Assembly (NCBI GenBank): GCA_964465955.1
Contig: CAYXMN010000002.1
Span: forward strand, 1 to 34,544
Source: an uncultured Planctomycetales bacterium
GTDB taxonomy: Bacteria; 4484-113; JAFGCY01
DNA length: 34,544 bases
Direction of reading: 5' to 3'
Part shown: positions 7,739 through 16,294 of the stretch, piece after piece
Position numbering within the stretch: position 1 is the first letter of the stretch
How the letters are laid out: each line of letters opens with the position of its first letter
Translations under genes and position numbers: made by a program
The notes under the pieces: model-generated
What the model saw: the letters and a program-made list of their open reading frames with translations, nothing else
Databases searched by the model: none
What the model was told of the DNA's origin: nothing

Positions 7739-9328
7739 TTACTCCCCGAACTTGATGCCCTGGGCTAATGGCAGCTCGGTGGTGTAGTTGATCGTGTTGG
7801 TCTGGCGGCGCATGTACGCCTTCCAGCTGTCCGAGCCGCTCTCGCGCCCGCCGCCGGTCTCCTTCTCGCCGCCGAACGCGCCGCCGATTTCCGCGCCGCT
7901 CGTGCCGATGTTGACGTTGGCGATGCCGCAGTCGCTGCCCGCCGCGGAGAGGAAGCGCTCGGCCTCCAGCAGGTTTTGTGTGAAGATCGCGCTCGACAGG
8001 CCCTGGGGCACGCCGTTATGCAGCGCGATGGCTTCGTCCAGCGTGTTGTACTTGATCAGGTACAGAATGCAGGAGAAGGTCTCATCCTGGACGATTTGGT
8101 AGTGGTTCTCCGCCTCGGCGATGCACGGCGTCACATAGCAGCCGCCGGGGTAGTTCTCGCCGCTGAGGCGCTCGCCGCCGCAGAGAATCTTGCCGCCTTC
8201 CTGCTTCACCTTCTCCACCGCCGCCATCAAGTCGTCCACCGCGCCGGTATTGACCAGCGGCCCCATCAGCGTCTTAGCGTCCAGCGGATCGCCGATGGGC
8301 ACCGTGCTATACGCCTTCACCAGCCGGTCGCGCAGCTCGTCATACTTGCTCGCGTGCACGATGATGCGCCGGGTCGAGGTGCAGCGCTGGCCCGCCGTGC
8401 CGACCGCGCCGAACAGGATCGCGCGTAGCGCAATGTCGAGATCGGCGTGCTCGCTGACGATAATCGCGTTGTTGCCGCCCAGCTCCAGGATGGTGCGGCC
8501 CAGGCGCTGGCCGACGATGCTGCCCACGCGGTAGCCCATGCTGCACGAACCGGTCGCGCTGATCAGCGGCACGCGCTTGTCATGCAACATCCGCTCGCCG
8601 ACGGCACTGCCTTTGCCGATCACGAGGCTCGCCAGCGCCGGGTCGTAGCCGTTGCGCTCGAACACGCGCGCGGCGATCTTGGTGCAGGCGATGGCCGTCA
8701 GCGGCGTCTGGCTGGAGGGCTTCCACAGCACGGCGTCCCCGCAAACCCAGGCCAGCGCGGCGTTCCAGCTCCAGACCGCCACCGGGAAGTTGAACGCGGA
8801 GATCACGCCGACCACGCCCAGCGGGTGCCACTGCTCGCACATACGGTGGCCGGGGCGCTCGGACGGCATGGTGAAGCCGTAGAGCTGGCGCGACAGGCCC
8901 ACGGCAAAGTCGCAGATGTCGATCATCTCCTGCACTTCGCCCTCGCCCTCGGCGCGAATCTTGCCCATTTCGAGCGTGACCAGCGCGCCCAGCGCCTTCT
9001 TATAGCGCCGCAGCTCCTCGCCGAGCTGGCGCACCACCTCGCCGCGCTTGGGGGCGGGCACCGTGCGCCATTTCAGGAATGCCTCATGCGCGCGGGCGCA
9101 GACGCGGTCGTATTCCTCCGCCGTGGCCTGGCGCACCGAGCCGATCTGCGAGCCGTCGATGGGCGTCGAGACGTTCAGCACGTCGCCGCTGCCGAACCAT
9201 TCGCCGCAGAACGCGCCGGCGTGATCGGGCTTGAGGCCGAGCGATTCGAACAGCACCGCCTGGTCGACATCCTTCTTGATGCCGCTGATGGCGCTCTCCA
9301 ACTGCGCCATGATCTCCTTGAATTCCAT
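7739..9328 (-). CDS. ALDH7-type aldehyde dehydrogenase (alpha-aminoadipic semialdehyde / piperideine-6-carboxylate dehydrogenase-like)
   Basis: ALDH superfamily motifs ELGGNNAIIV and GTAGQRCTSTRR. The N-terminal region (GEWFGSGDVLNVSTPIDG) is typical of the ALDH7/AmaB/Pcd group. GGGAGGAAGG RBS precedes ATG 9328 (MEFKEIM). Confidence 0.9.
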   Translation of the reverse strand: MEFKEIMAQLESAISGIKKDVDQAVLFESLGLKPDHAGAFCGEWFGSGDVLNVSTPIDGSQIGSVRQATAEEYDRVCARAHEAFLKWRTVPAPKRGEVVRQLGEELRRYKKALGALVTLEMGKIRAEGEGEVQEMIDICDFAVGLSRQLYGFTMPSERPGHRMCEQWHPLGVVGVISAFNFPVAVWSWNAALAWVCGDAVLWKPSSQTPLTAIACTKIAARVFERNGYDPALASLVIGKGSAVGERMLHDKRVPLISATGSCSMGYRVGSIVGQRLGRTILELGGNNAIIVSEHADLDIALRAILFGAVGTAGQRCTSTRRIIVHASKYDELRDRLVKAYSTVPIGDPLDAKTLMGPLVNTGAVDDLMAAVEKVKQEGGKILCGGERLSGENYPGGCYVTPCIAEAENHYQIVQDETFSCILYLIKYNTLDEAIALHNGVPQGLSSAIFTQNLLEAERFLSAAGSDCGIANVNIGTSGAEIGGAFGGEKETGGGRESGSDSWKAYMRRQTNTINYTTELPLAQGIKFGE

Positions 9329-9409
9329 GAAGCCTTCCTCCCGGAATGATGGCAATAGTTTAATGCCTGGAACGGGGCGTCTAAGACGCTAGGCGGCGCG
9401 GGATTTGGC

Positions 9410-9437
9410 AAAAAAAAAGCGGGCATTGAGCCCGCCC
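9410..9437 (-). terminator. intrinsic-terminator-like hairpin inside the region upstream of the ALDH gene
   Basis: Minus-strand sequence is GCGGGC-tcaat-GCCCGC followed by T9. It lies about 80 nt upstream of the ALDH start, on the same strand. Confidence 0.45.
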
Positions 9438-9744
9438 AAAAACCCGTAATTCTCCATCCAGCAAAGGAGACAGGTTGAGGCAGGGTCGGTAACGGGAAAT
9501 ATGACAATTCGGATCATGATTTCCCCGCGCCGGAGCGCTGTTTCTGCGGAAGCAGCCGGAACACCGCGCTTAGGCCGGGGCCAGGGGGATTTGTAACTAT
9601 GTATTCATCCACGGCGGCAGTAACAGATTCCCGCCATCCCCGTTCACATCCCACCGAACATGCTCGCCTGCTGGTAGTCTTATATATGTATGTGCCGCGC
9701 TGAGGGCGGGCTGGCGCTCGCCTGTAGGCCAAGACGCGGCGACC

Positions 9745-11031
9745 ATGCGGGTGGTGATCATGATGCGGGCAAACGGTGCGCTACTAGCGTTCATCCCGGC
9801 GGCGGCTTTGATGCTGCTGTCCAGCGTTTCCCACGCGGAGACCGACATCTCGGTGCGCGTCGGCGGGTCGGAGGGCTCCCAGCACTACGGCTACGACGCC
9901 GACTGGTGGTGGGGCGACGCCGTGCTCTACGGCGATTGGAACTACGGCAGGAACGGGCTGTACCTCGGATATCGCGACGGCGATTGGGACGCGCGCTATC
10001 GCAGCAGCGGCCGCGACCCGTACTATGCGCACCCCAATGACCGCCCCGGCTATCGCGTGTTTATCCCGCGCGGGCTGGAGTATCCGCCGGAGTATTACGG
10101 CGGCGGTTCCGACAGCGGACGCAGCCGCGGGCGCGGGCGCTACGGCCACGATGATCCGGGCCATGTCGTCGTGGTCCAGCCTTACAACCCGCCCTGCAAC
10201 AGCTACGATCCATATTATGATTCCTGCGGCTACCCCTACTACGATCCGTACTACCCGCAGGTCTACAGCTCGCGCTATCCGATCGTGATCGACAACACGC
10301 CGCGCCAGCGCTACACCGGCATCCAGGTGTCCACCGGCGGCAGCCGCTCGCGCTATACCGCGCCTGACGCACCGGAATATGGTTACTACCGGCCGCAAGC
10401 GGACGACGACTGGGACTATCAGCTGGAACAGCAGCCGCTGGTGATCAACGACAACCGCACATACAACTATTACGGTGACGCCCCCGCGGCGTCCGAACCC
10501 ACGCCGTCGGCGGCAGCCACCCGCACCGCGGAGACGGCGAGCGCTACGCCGGGCGGGCATCCCGCGCCGCAATACGAACAACTGCCTCCCGCGCCGGCCG
10601 CCCCGCCCACCGAGCGGGCCTTTGGCGGGCGGTTTTACGACGAGTTGCGCCTCGAGATCTCCGGCGGCCCCGTGCGCTTCTCGCTCAGCGGCGCTAATCT
10701 CTACGCCGGGCCGGACACCGGCCCCGCCGTGCTCATCAGCGATGCCGCGGACGCGGACTTTGGCGCGTTCGGCGCCTTCCTGCCTGGCTCAGGCAGCGTG
10801 GTGCTCTACCGCAGCGGCGCGAAGCTGCTGGCGGCCTATCCGGCGGGCGGAGCCTGGCAGTCCAGCGCGCTGCCCGTGCAGGTGGACTTCGCGCAGGCGC
10901 CGAGCATCGGCATTGTGGGCAACGCGCTCTGGGCCACCGTGTCAAGCCTGGAAGGCCGGCGCTATGTGATGGCGTTTAGCGGCGGGCTGTGGACCGAGGT
11001 CGGCAGCGGCAGCACCGCTCCGGCGCAATAA
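9745..11031 (+). CDS. secreted Tyr/Asp/Pro/Gly/Arg-rich protein of unknown function
   Basis: Signal peptide (ALMLLSSVSHA-ETD). The N-terminal half is low-complexity (DWWWGD, YGYDAD, PYYDSCGYPYYDPYYPQVY). The C-terminal half has ordinary composition. GC3 is high. Confidence 0.7.
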   Translation: MRVVIMMRANGALLAFIPAAALMLLSSVSHAETDISVRVGGSEGSQHYGYDADWWWGDAVLYGDWNYGRNGLYLGYRDGDWDARYRSSGRDPYYAHPNDRPGYRVFIPRGLEYPPEYYGGGSDSGRSRGRGRYGHDDPGHVVVVQPYNPPCNSYDPYYDSCGYPYYDPYYPQVYSSRYPIVIDNTPRQRYTGIQVSTGGSRSRYTAPDAPEYGYYRPQADDDWDYQLEQQPLVINDNRTYNYYGDAPAASEPTPSAAATRTAETASATPGGHPAPQYEQLPPAPAAPPTERAFGGRFYDELRLEISGGPVRFSLSGANLYAGPDTGPAVLISDAADADFGAFGAFLPGSGSVVLYRSGAKLLAAYPAGGAWQSSALPVQVDFAQAPSIGIVGNALWATVSSLEGRRYVMAFSGGLWTEVGSGSTAPAQ

Positions 11032-11060
11032 GGGCGGCCAGGCCCGGCTGCGGCGCGCGG

Positions 11061-11336
11061 CTAGCTGTGTTGGCCGAAAGCGCTGGCCAGGCCGATGACC
11101 ACCAGGCTGCCGATGAACGCCCACAGAATGGGGAAGGCTTTGCCGGCCAGGTAGACGGTGGCGAGCGGCGGCAGGCCGAAGAACTCGGCGATCCAGCGCC
11201 CGACGAACGCCCCGACAAAGCCCAGCACAATCAGCACGATGATGTTCAGACGTTTCGCGCCAAGCAGCTGGCTGGCCAGAAAGCCGCAGCCGCCCGCAAT
11301 CAGGATCAAGATCACCACTTCCAGCAAGAACGCCAT
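11061..11336 (-). CDS. GlsB/YeaQ/YmgE-family small membrane protein
   Basis: 91 aa, MAFLLEVVILILIAGGCGFLAS...VLGFVGAFVGRWIAEFFGL. Only the last 91 codons of track ORF 11061..12032 are credible. GAGGTGG RBS is present. Confidence 0.85.
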   Translation of the reverse strand: MAFLLEVVILILIAGGCGFLASQLLGAKRLNIIVLIVLGFVGAFVGRWIAEFFGLPPLATVYLAGKAFPILWAFIGSLVVIGLASAFGQHS

Positions 11337-11405
11337 CGCGCCACCTCGGCAGGCAATTGCGCCCGGCATGCGCGCCGCGCGCGGTTTGGCGGTATTGTAA
11401 TACAC

Positions 11406-12449
11406 ATGCCTGACGCCTTGGCCCCGCCGGATGGCGGCGAACCACGCTATAGCCGCATGCTGCGCTACGCCCCGCTGGGCGGCGTCTTGCCGCGCTGGCA
11501 GGCGAGCTGCGCCGCCGTGGCCGGCCTCGGCGGATTGGGCGGCGGACTGGTGTTGCAGCTTGCGCGGCTGGGCGTCCGGCGGCTGGTGCTGATCGATCAC
11601 GAAACCGCCGCGCCGGAAAATCTTGGGCACCAAGCGCTGTTCACGGAGCAGCACGCCCGCGAACGCTGGCCCAAAGCCGAGGCGGCGGCGGCGCAGGTGC
11701 GCGCGGTAAACAGCTCGGTTGATGCGGTCGCGCTGGCCGCCAACCTGAACCATCGCACGGCGCGCGAGTTGCTCGCCGGCGCGGACCTCATCTTCGACGG
11801 CCTCGACAACTATGCGGCGCGCTTCCTGCTCAACGATTATGCGGTGGCGGCCGGCGTGCCGTACTTCCATGCCGGGGTCGTGCGCGGCGAGCTGAGCGCG
11901 AAGGCGGTCGTGCCCGGCGTGACGGGCTGCCTGCGCTGCCTGCTCGACGGCCCGCCCCCCGCGGGCAGCGTGCCCACCTGCGCGGCGGCAGGCGTGTTCC
12001 CGCCGTTGCTCGGGGTGGCCAACGCGCTGCAACTCGATCTGGCCAGCCGCTATCTGGCCGGGAACCTCACCGCCGCGGACGATGTGCTCTACAGCCTGGC
12101 CTTGCCGGACTGGACGCTACGCCAGCTTAAACTGGGCGGCGCCGTGGCGGATTGCCCCTGCTGCGGCCAGCGCCGGTTCGCTTACCTCGACGGCTTGGCG
12201 GGGGAGGCGGGCCAGGCCGGCTGCGCCCCCGGAAGCGTGAGCGGCGAACTGGCCGGCGGGATTGACTTAAGCCGCGCCAGCGCTGTGCTGGAGGCGGCAG
12301 GGCTGTGCGTCCGGCGCAATAGGTTTTGCCTTGTGGTTGAACAAGACGGGCAGGCCTGGACTCTCTTCCCGAGCGGGAAGATTATCCAAACTGGCAGTGG
12401 AGACGCCGTTGTATTGAATAAGTTTGTTGCATCATACTTGGGGGTATGA
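11406..12449 (+). CDS. ThiF/MoeB/HesA-family E1-like adenylyltransferase with a C-terminal extension
   Basis: Rossmann motif VAGLGGLGGGLVLQLARLGVRRLVLIDHE, FDGLDNYAARFLLND, and two CxxC pairs (GCLRC, CPCCG). The N-terminal 139 codons of the track ORF overlap the glsB-like gene on the opposite strand and are rejected. Confidence 0.85.
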   Translation: MPDALAPPDGGEPRYSRMLRYAPLGGVLPRWQASCAAVAGLGGLGGGLVLQLARLGVRRLVLIDHETAAPENLGHQALFTEQHARERWPKAEAAAAQVRAVNSSVDAVALAANLNHRTARELLAGADLIFDGLDNYAARFLLNDYAVAAGVPYFHAGVVRGELSAKAVVPGVTGCLRCLLDGPPPAGSVPTCAAAGVFPPLLGVANALQLDLASRYLAGNLTAADDVLYSLALPDWTLRQLKLGGAVADCPCCGQRRFAYLDGLAGEAGQAGCAPGSVSGELAGGIDLSRASAVLEAAGLCVRRNRFCLVVEQDGQAWTLFPSGKIIQTGSGDAVVLNKFVASYLGV

Positions 12450-12850
12450 AAGTCATGCTGCGATTGATCACGCTTGGATTATTACTCACAGCGCTCACGC
12501 TGGGCCTGAGCCTGCTCGCCGGCTGCCCCGGCAATCCTGACGCGGATAAGACCGTGGCGGAAGCGGCGGAAGTGCCAGGCCTGGAGCAGGCGGTCATCGC
12601 CAAGGACCGCGCCATCGAGTCGGCGATCACGATGAGCTGGGCCGCCGACGTGGAGCTGCTGCAGGAGCAGCTCGCGGTGGAGGAGGTGCGCGCGGGCAAG
12701 GTGCGCATCACCGGCATCGTCAGCCGCCCGGAGCTGAAGGACCGCGCGGAAAGCATCGCGAAAAACCAGGAAGGCGTGGTGGACGTGGTGTCCACAATCA
12801 CGGTGGACGAAACGCTGAAGGACAAGCGCATCAACATGGACGAGCTTTAA
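12446..12850 (+). CDS. BON-domain lipoprotein
   Basis: Lipobox LLAGC. BON-like segment VRITGIVSRPELKDRAESIAKNQEGVVDVVSTITV. The start overlaps the ThiF stop (ATGA), which implies translational coupling. Confidence 0.8.
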   Translation: MKVMLRLITLGLLLTALTLGLSLLAGCPGNPDADKTVAEAAEVPGLEQAVIAKDRAIESAITMSWAADVELLQEQLAVEEVRAGKVRITGIVSRPELKDRAESIAKNQEGVVDVVSTITVDETLKDKRINMDEL

Positions 12851-12928
12851 TCCGCAGCGTCCGGGCCGTTGCGATAATCCCGCGTGCCGCGCTGTAGAAT
12901 ACCCGTACCAGTATTCACGGGAGACAAC

Positions 12929-13507
12929 ATGCACAAGCACGCCCTGGCCCTCGTTCTCGCGCTGGCCGCGCTAGCTCTCGCCGGCTGCCCGGCGTCCAAG
13001 CCTGCGGACGGCACCGCCGCGGACACGCCGCTGGCCCAGGGCCAGCCGCCCGCGGCCCGAACCCAGACGCCAGCGCCTGCCACAGAGATCCCGCAGCCCT
13101 CGGCGGCGAACGTGAAACCAGCGCAGGACTTTGAATACACCATGTTCGACGGCACCCCGCATAAGCTCAGCGACAACTTCGGCAAGCCGACGGTGGTGAA
13201 CTTCTGGGCCGACTGGTGCCCGCCTTGCGTGGGCGAGCTGCCCCATTTCGAGGAAGCGTGGCAGGCCAAAGGCGGCCAGTTCAACCTGGTGGCGATCGCG
13301 GTGAGCAGCGCCAAGGATCCGCGCGGCTATGTCGCGGAGCAAGGCTACACCATGCCCTTCGCCGTGGACGGTAACGGCGCTTCCACCTACAGCGTCACAG
13401 GCATCCCGGTGACGCTGTTCATCGACCGTGACGGCAATGTGGTGGAGCAGGTTGTCGGCGGCATGGACAAAGCCACCTTCGAGACGAACCTGGCGAAGAT
13501 TCTTTAG
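12929..13507 (+). CDS. TlpA/ResA-family thiol-disulfide oxidoreductase lipoprotein
   Basis: Lipobox LALAGC. KPTVVNFWADWCPPCVGELP active site. GIPVTLFIDRDGNVV. GGGAGA RBS precedes ATG 12929. Confidence 0.85.
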   Translation: MHKHALALVLALAALALAGCPASKPADGTAADTPLAQGQPPAARTQTPAPATEIPQPSAANVKPAQDFEYTMFDGTPHKLSDNFGKPTVVNFWADWCPPCVGELPHFEEAWQAKGGQFNLVAIAVSSAKDPRGYVAEQGYTMPFAVDGNGASTYSVTGIPVTLFIDRDGNVVEQVVGGMDKATFETNLAKIL

Positions 13508-13618
13508 CCGGAGGCAGAGGGAGACCGCGCCAGCTTCGGATTAGGGATTTTGTGCTTGATTTTCGGATAGATATACCCGATAGTGTATCTGGTTCGTATC
13601 GGCGCTGAGGAGGACGGC

Positions 13619-14104
13619 ATGGCGCGGTTCGCGATGATTGCGGTATGGGCGGCGGCAGTGGCGCTGCTCGCCGGCTGTCCCGGCGGCGGGGGCGGCGGCA
13701 GCCTGGGGACGGCCAAGGACTTCAACTACGCCAAATATGACGGCGGCCAGGGCAAGCTGTCGGATCACGCGGGCAGGGTCACGGTGGTTAACTTCTGGGC
13801 CGTGTGGTGAGGCTCATGCGTGCAGGAGTTGCCTGCGCTCCAGCAAGTCTATGAGCAATATGCGGGGCGGATCGACATGCTGGCCGTGGCGGTCGACGAA
13901 AGCGGCGATCCGCAGAAATACTTCGCCGACAACAACTTCACCATCCCGCTCGTCAAAGACGTGGACGGGTCAGATGTGTACAGCGTGCGCGGCATCCCCC
14001 GGACCTTGATCATCGATCAACAGGGCGACCTGGCCCAGGAATTCACCGGCGGCATCTCGTCCGCCGAACTGGAGATCGCAATCAAGGGCCTGCTCAAGCC
14101 TTAG
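13619..14104 (+). CDS. TlpA-like lipoprotein with an in-frame TGA (13808-13810) at the CxxC nucleophile position; probable selenoprotein (UxxC)
   Basis: Track ORFs 13583..13810 and 13820..14104 are in the same frame. The junction reads NFWAVW-TGA-GSCVQELPAL and aligns with NFWADW-C-PPCVGELPHF of the adjacent paralog. Lipobox LLAGC. GAGGAGGA RBS precedes ATG 13619. Confidence 0.7.
13818..13838 (+). promoter_or_regulatory. SECIS-like hairpin 7 nt downstream of the TGA
   Basis: GCG-(UG bulge)-CAGG / loop AGUUG / CCUG-CGC. Its position and bulged architecture resemble bacterial SECIS elements. Confidence 0.5.
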
Positions 14105-14110
14105 CCCGCG

Positions 14111-14677
14111 CTAATTCAGCAGCTTAAAGCTCTGCAGCACCGGTGCGCCATACTCGCTGACGGCGTCGTCAATCGGCCGCAAGTAGTACATGCTGATGGT
14201 GTAGATCTTCGCGCCGGCGTAGGTGCTGAACACGGAGTAATACACTGGGCTCTCGGCGGCGGACTTATCCTCAACCTCGATCAGGTTCCAGGTGAACTGG
14301 TCTTCCACCAGCGCTTCGTTGGAAGTGATGACGCTGTACTTCTCCGCGTCATCGCTCCAGTTGCTCAGCAGGGTGTCGCAGAACGTGGCGAACGCCGCGG
14401 CGTTGAGCGGCTGGTCCATCGTGTCCACGCGCAGCATGATCAGCGCCACCGGCGCGCCGGCCGGGCCTTGCCACATGCCGGCCACCTGCGGCTCGGCGTC
14501 CCAGCCGGGGTTGTCCGGCAGCTTCAGTTCGCCGCCCGCGGGCAGGCTCAGCGAGCAACCGAAGTTGCCAAAGTCATAGTGCTCATACTTGGTTGCTTCG
14601 TCTGCAGCCAGCGCCAGGGCGGCTGCCAGCCAAACCATCAAACCCGCCGTCAGCGCGGCGCAAATTCGCTTCGTCAT
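14111..14677 (-). CDS. secreted hypothetical protein
   Basis: Signal peptide MTKRICAALTAGLMVWLAAALALA. High GC3. No recognisable motif. Confidence 0.7.
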   Translation of the reverse strand: MTKRICAALTAGLMVWLAAALALAADEATKYEHYDFGNFGCSLSLPAGGELKLPDNPGWDAEPQVAGMWQGPAGAPVALIMLRVDTMDQPLNAAAFATFCDTLLSNWSDDAEKYSVITSNEALVEDQFTWNLIEVEDKSAAESPVYYSVFSTYAGAKIYTISMYYLRPIDDAVSEYGAPVLQSFKLLN

Positions 14678-14789
14678 GTCGTGCTCCTTTTCTTCGCGAT
14701 CCGCCGCCCCTTAATCGACCAGTATAGCGCACACGCGGCGATATGCTATGCTCACGCAAGTAAGATGACCCAAGCCAAAGGAGTGTTCG

Positions 14790-15338
14790 ATGCGCAAGCT
14801 GTTCGTGGTTGCCGTGTTAATGCTGCTGGCCGTGCCGGCCTTTGCCCAGACCGAGGAGCCCACGGACTTGGCCAAGGGTTACAACCTGGGCGAAATGGGG
14901 ACGCTGGCCAACCTCGTCGCGCTTGAGCTAGGCACGATCCAGGATCTCGCCGCGCCGCTGGCGGATATCACCGATGAGAATTACGATTCCGGCTCGATCA
15001 CCGATGACAACATCTTCAAGGGGCAGCTCGTGCTGGCCTATGTGATGTGGCGCTGCCAGTTCATGCTGCAGCCGGTGTGCAGCGCGGGCTTGGGCGAGGA
15101 AGCATTCACCGATCCCGGCCTGGCTGATTTCAAGGAGGAGGGCCAGGCTGTGCTGGGCGACGTGGTCTCGCTGGTGGAAGCCTTCCTGGCCGCGGAAGAC
15201 GCCGACGCGTTCGCGGCCGCGGGTGAATTCGCCGCGGAGATTACCGACAAGGACCTGGTCAACCGCCTGTACGCCTTGAGCGATAAGGCCCTGACCGCCG
15301 CCGGCTTGGCCGAGGCAAGCGAGGCAGCCCCGGAATAA
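14790..15338 (+). CDS. secreted acidic hypothetical protein
   Basis: Signal peptide MRKLFVVAVLMLLAVPAFA. AAGGAG RBS. High GC3. Confidence 0.7.
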   Translation: MRKLFVVAVLMLLAVPAFAQTEEPTDLAKGYNLGEMGTLANLVALELGTIQDLAAPLADITDENYDSGSITDDNIFKGQLVLAYVMWRCQFMLQPVCSAGLGEEAFTDPGLADFKEEGQAVLGDVVSLVEAFLAAEDADAFAAAGEFAAEITDKDLVNRLYALSDKALTAAGLAEASEAAPE

Positions 15339-15416
15339 GCGCAGGGAGGCTTTGAACCCAGGTGCGCCGCCGCCTCGCGGGCGCGCGGTCCGCGCCGCAG
15401 GACTTTAGCCTGCAGT

Positions 15417-15467
15417 CCGGGGCTGAAGCCCCGGCTACCGCGCAAGTTCTGAAGCCCCGGCTACCGC
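15417..15467. repeat. REP-like hairpin repeats (two copies of ..CTGAAGCCCCGGCTACCGC..)
   Basis: CCGGGGCTGAAGCCCCGGCTACCGCGC (15417-15443) and CTGAAGCCCCGGCTACCGC (15449-15467). Related copies lie at 30392-30421 (inverted) and 30454-30480. Confidence 0.55.
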
Positions 15468-16294
15468 TCCGTCTTGGCCCAGCGGTCTAGTTCGACAAGG
15501 CGGGTGAGCAGCGGCTCCACCTGCTCCAGCATGAGCTGGTTCGGCCCGTCGCACTTCGCCGCGTCCGGGCAGGGGTGCACCTCCCAGAACAGCGCGGCGA
15601 TGCCGAGGCTGAGCGCGGCCCGGGACAGGCCCGCCACGTACTGGCGCTGGCCGCCGCTGCTCGCGCCCTGGCCGCCGGGCAGCTGTACCGCGTGCGTGGC
15701 GTCGAAGCAGCACGGCCAGCCCTGCTCCTTGAAGTACAGCAGGCCGCGGAAGTCCACGACGAGGTTGTTGTAACCGAAGCTCGCGCCGCGCTCCGTCACC
15801 AGTACGCGCTCGCAGCCGCCCTCGCCCAGCTTGTGCACGACGTTTTGCATGTCCCACGGCGCCAGGTACTGCCCCTTCTTGACGTTGACCACCTTGCCGG
15901 TGCGCGCGGCGGCAACGAGCAGGTCGGTCTGGCGGCAGAGGAACGCGGGGATTTGCAGGATGTCCACGACGGCTGCCACGTCCGCGGCCTGGCCCGGCTC
16001 GTGGATGTCCGTCAGCACGCTCACGCCCGCCTGCGCCTTGACCGCGGCGAGGATGTCCAGGCCGTCCTTCAGCCCCGGCCCGCGGAAGCTCGTGACGGAG
16101 CTGCGGTTCGCCTTGTCGAAGCTGCTCTTGAACACGTAGGTGACGTCCAGCCGCGCGCAGATCTCGCGCATCCGCCCGGCGACCTCGATGCTCATCTCGC
16201 GCGACTCGATCACGCACGGCCCCGCGATCAGCAGCAGCGGTGCGCCGTTGGCGATGGTCTCGCCCGTGTCCAGCTTGAAGGATGTAAGCGCCAT
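15461..16294 (-). CDS. kdsA: 3-deoxy-8-phosphooctulonate synthase KdsA
   Basis: LLLIAGPCVIES, FKSSFDKANRSS, VKKGQ, FDATHAVQLPGG. Full-length 277 aa. Confidence 0.95.
   Translation of the reverse strand: MALTSFKLDTGETIANGAPLLLIAGPCVIESREMSIEVAGRMREICARLDVTYVFKSSFDKANRSSVTSFRGPGLKDGLDILAAVKAQAGVSVLTDIHEPGQAADVAAVVDILQIPAFLCRQTDLLVAAARTGKVVNVKKGQYLAPWDMQNVVHKLGEGGCERVLVTERGASFGYNNLVVDFRGLLYFKEQGWPCCFDATHAVQLPGGQGASSGGQRQYVAGLSRAALSLGIAALFWEVHPCPDAAKCDGPNQLMLEQVEPLLTRLVELDRWAKTER

Noticed and set aside
10989-11405. N-terminal 139 codons of track ORF 10989..12449, and the upstream 232 codons of minus ORF 11061..12032.
   Set aside because: These extensions overlap each other and neighbouring genes and are Arg/Gln/Ala-rich. 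The real genes start at 11406 (ThiF-like) and 11336 (GlsB-like, with a good RBS).
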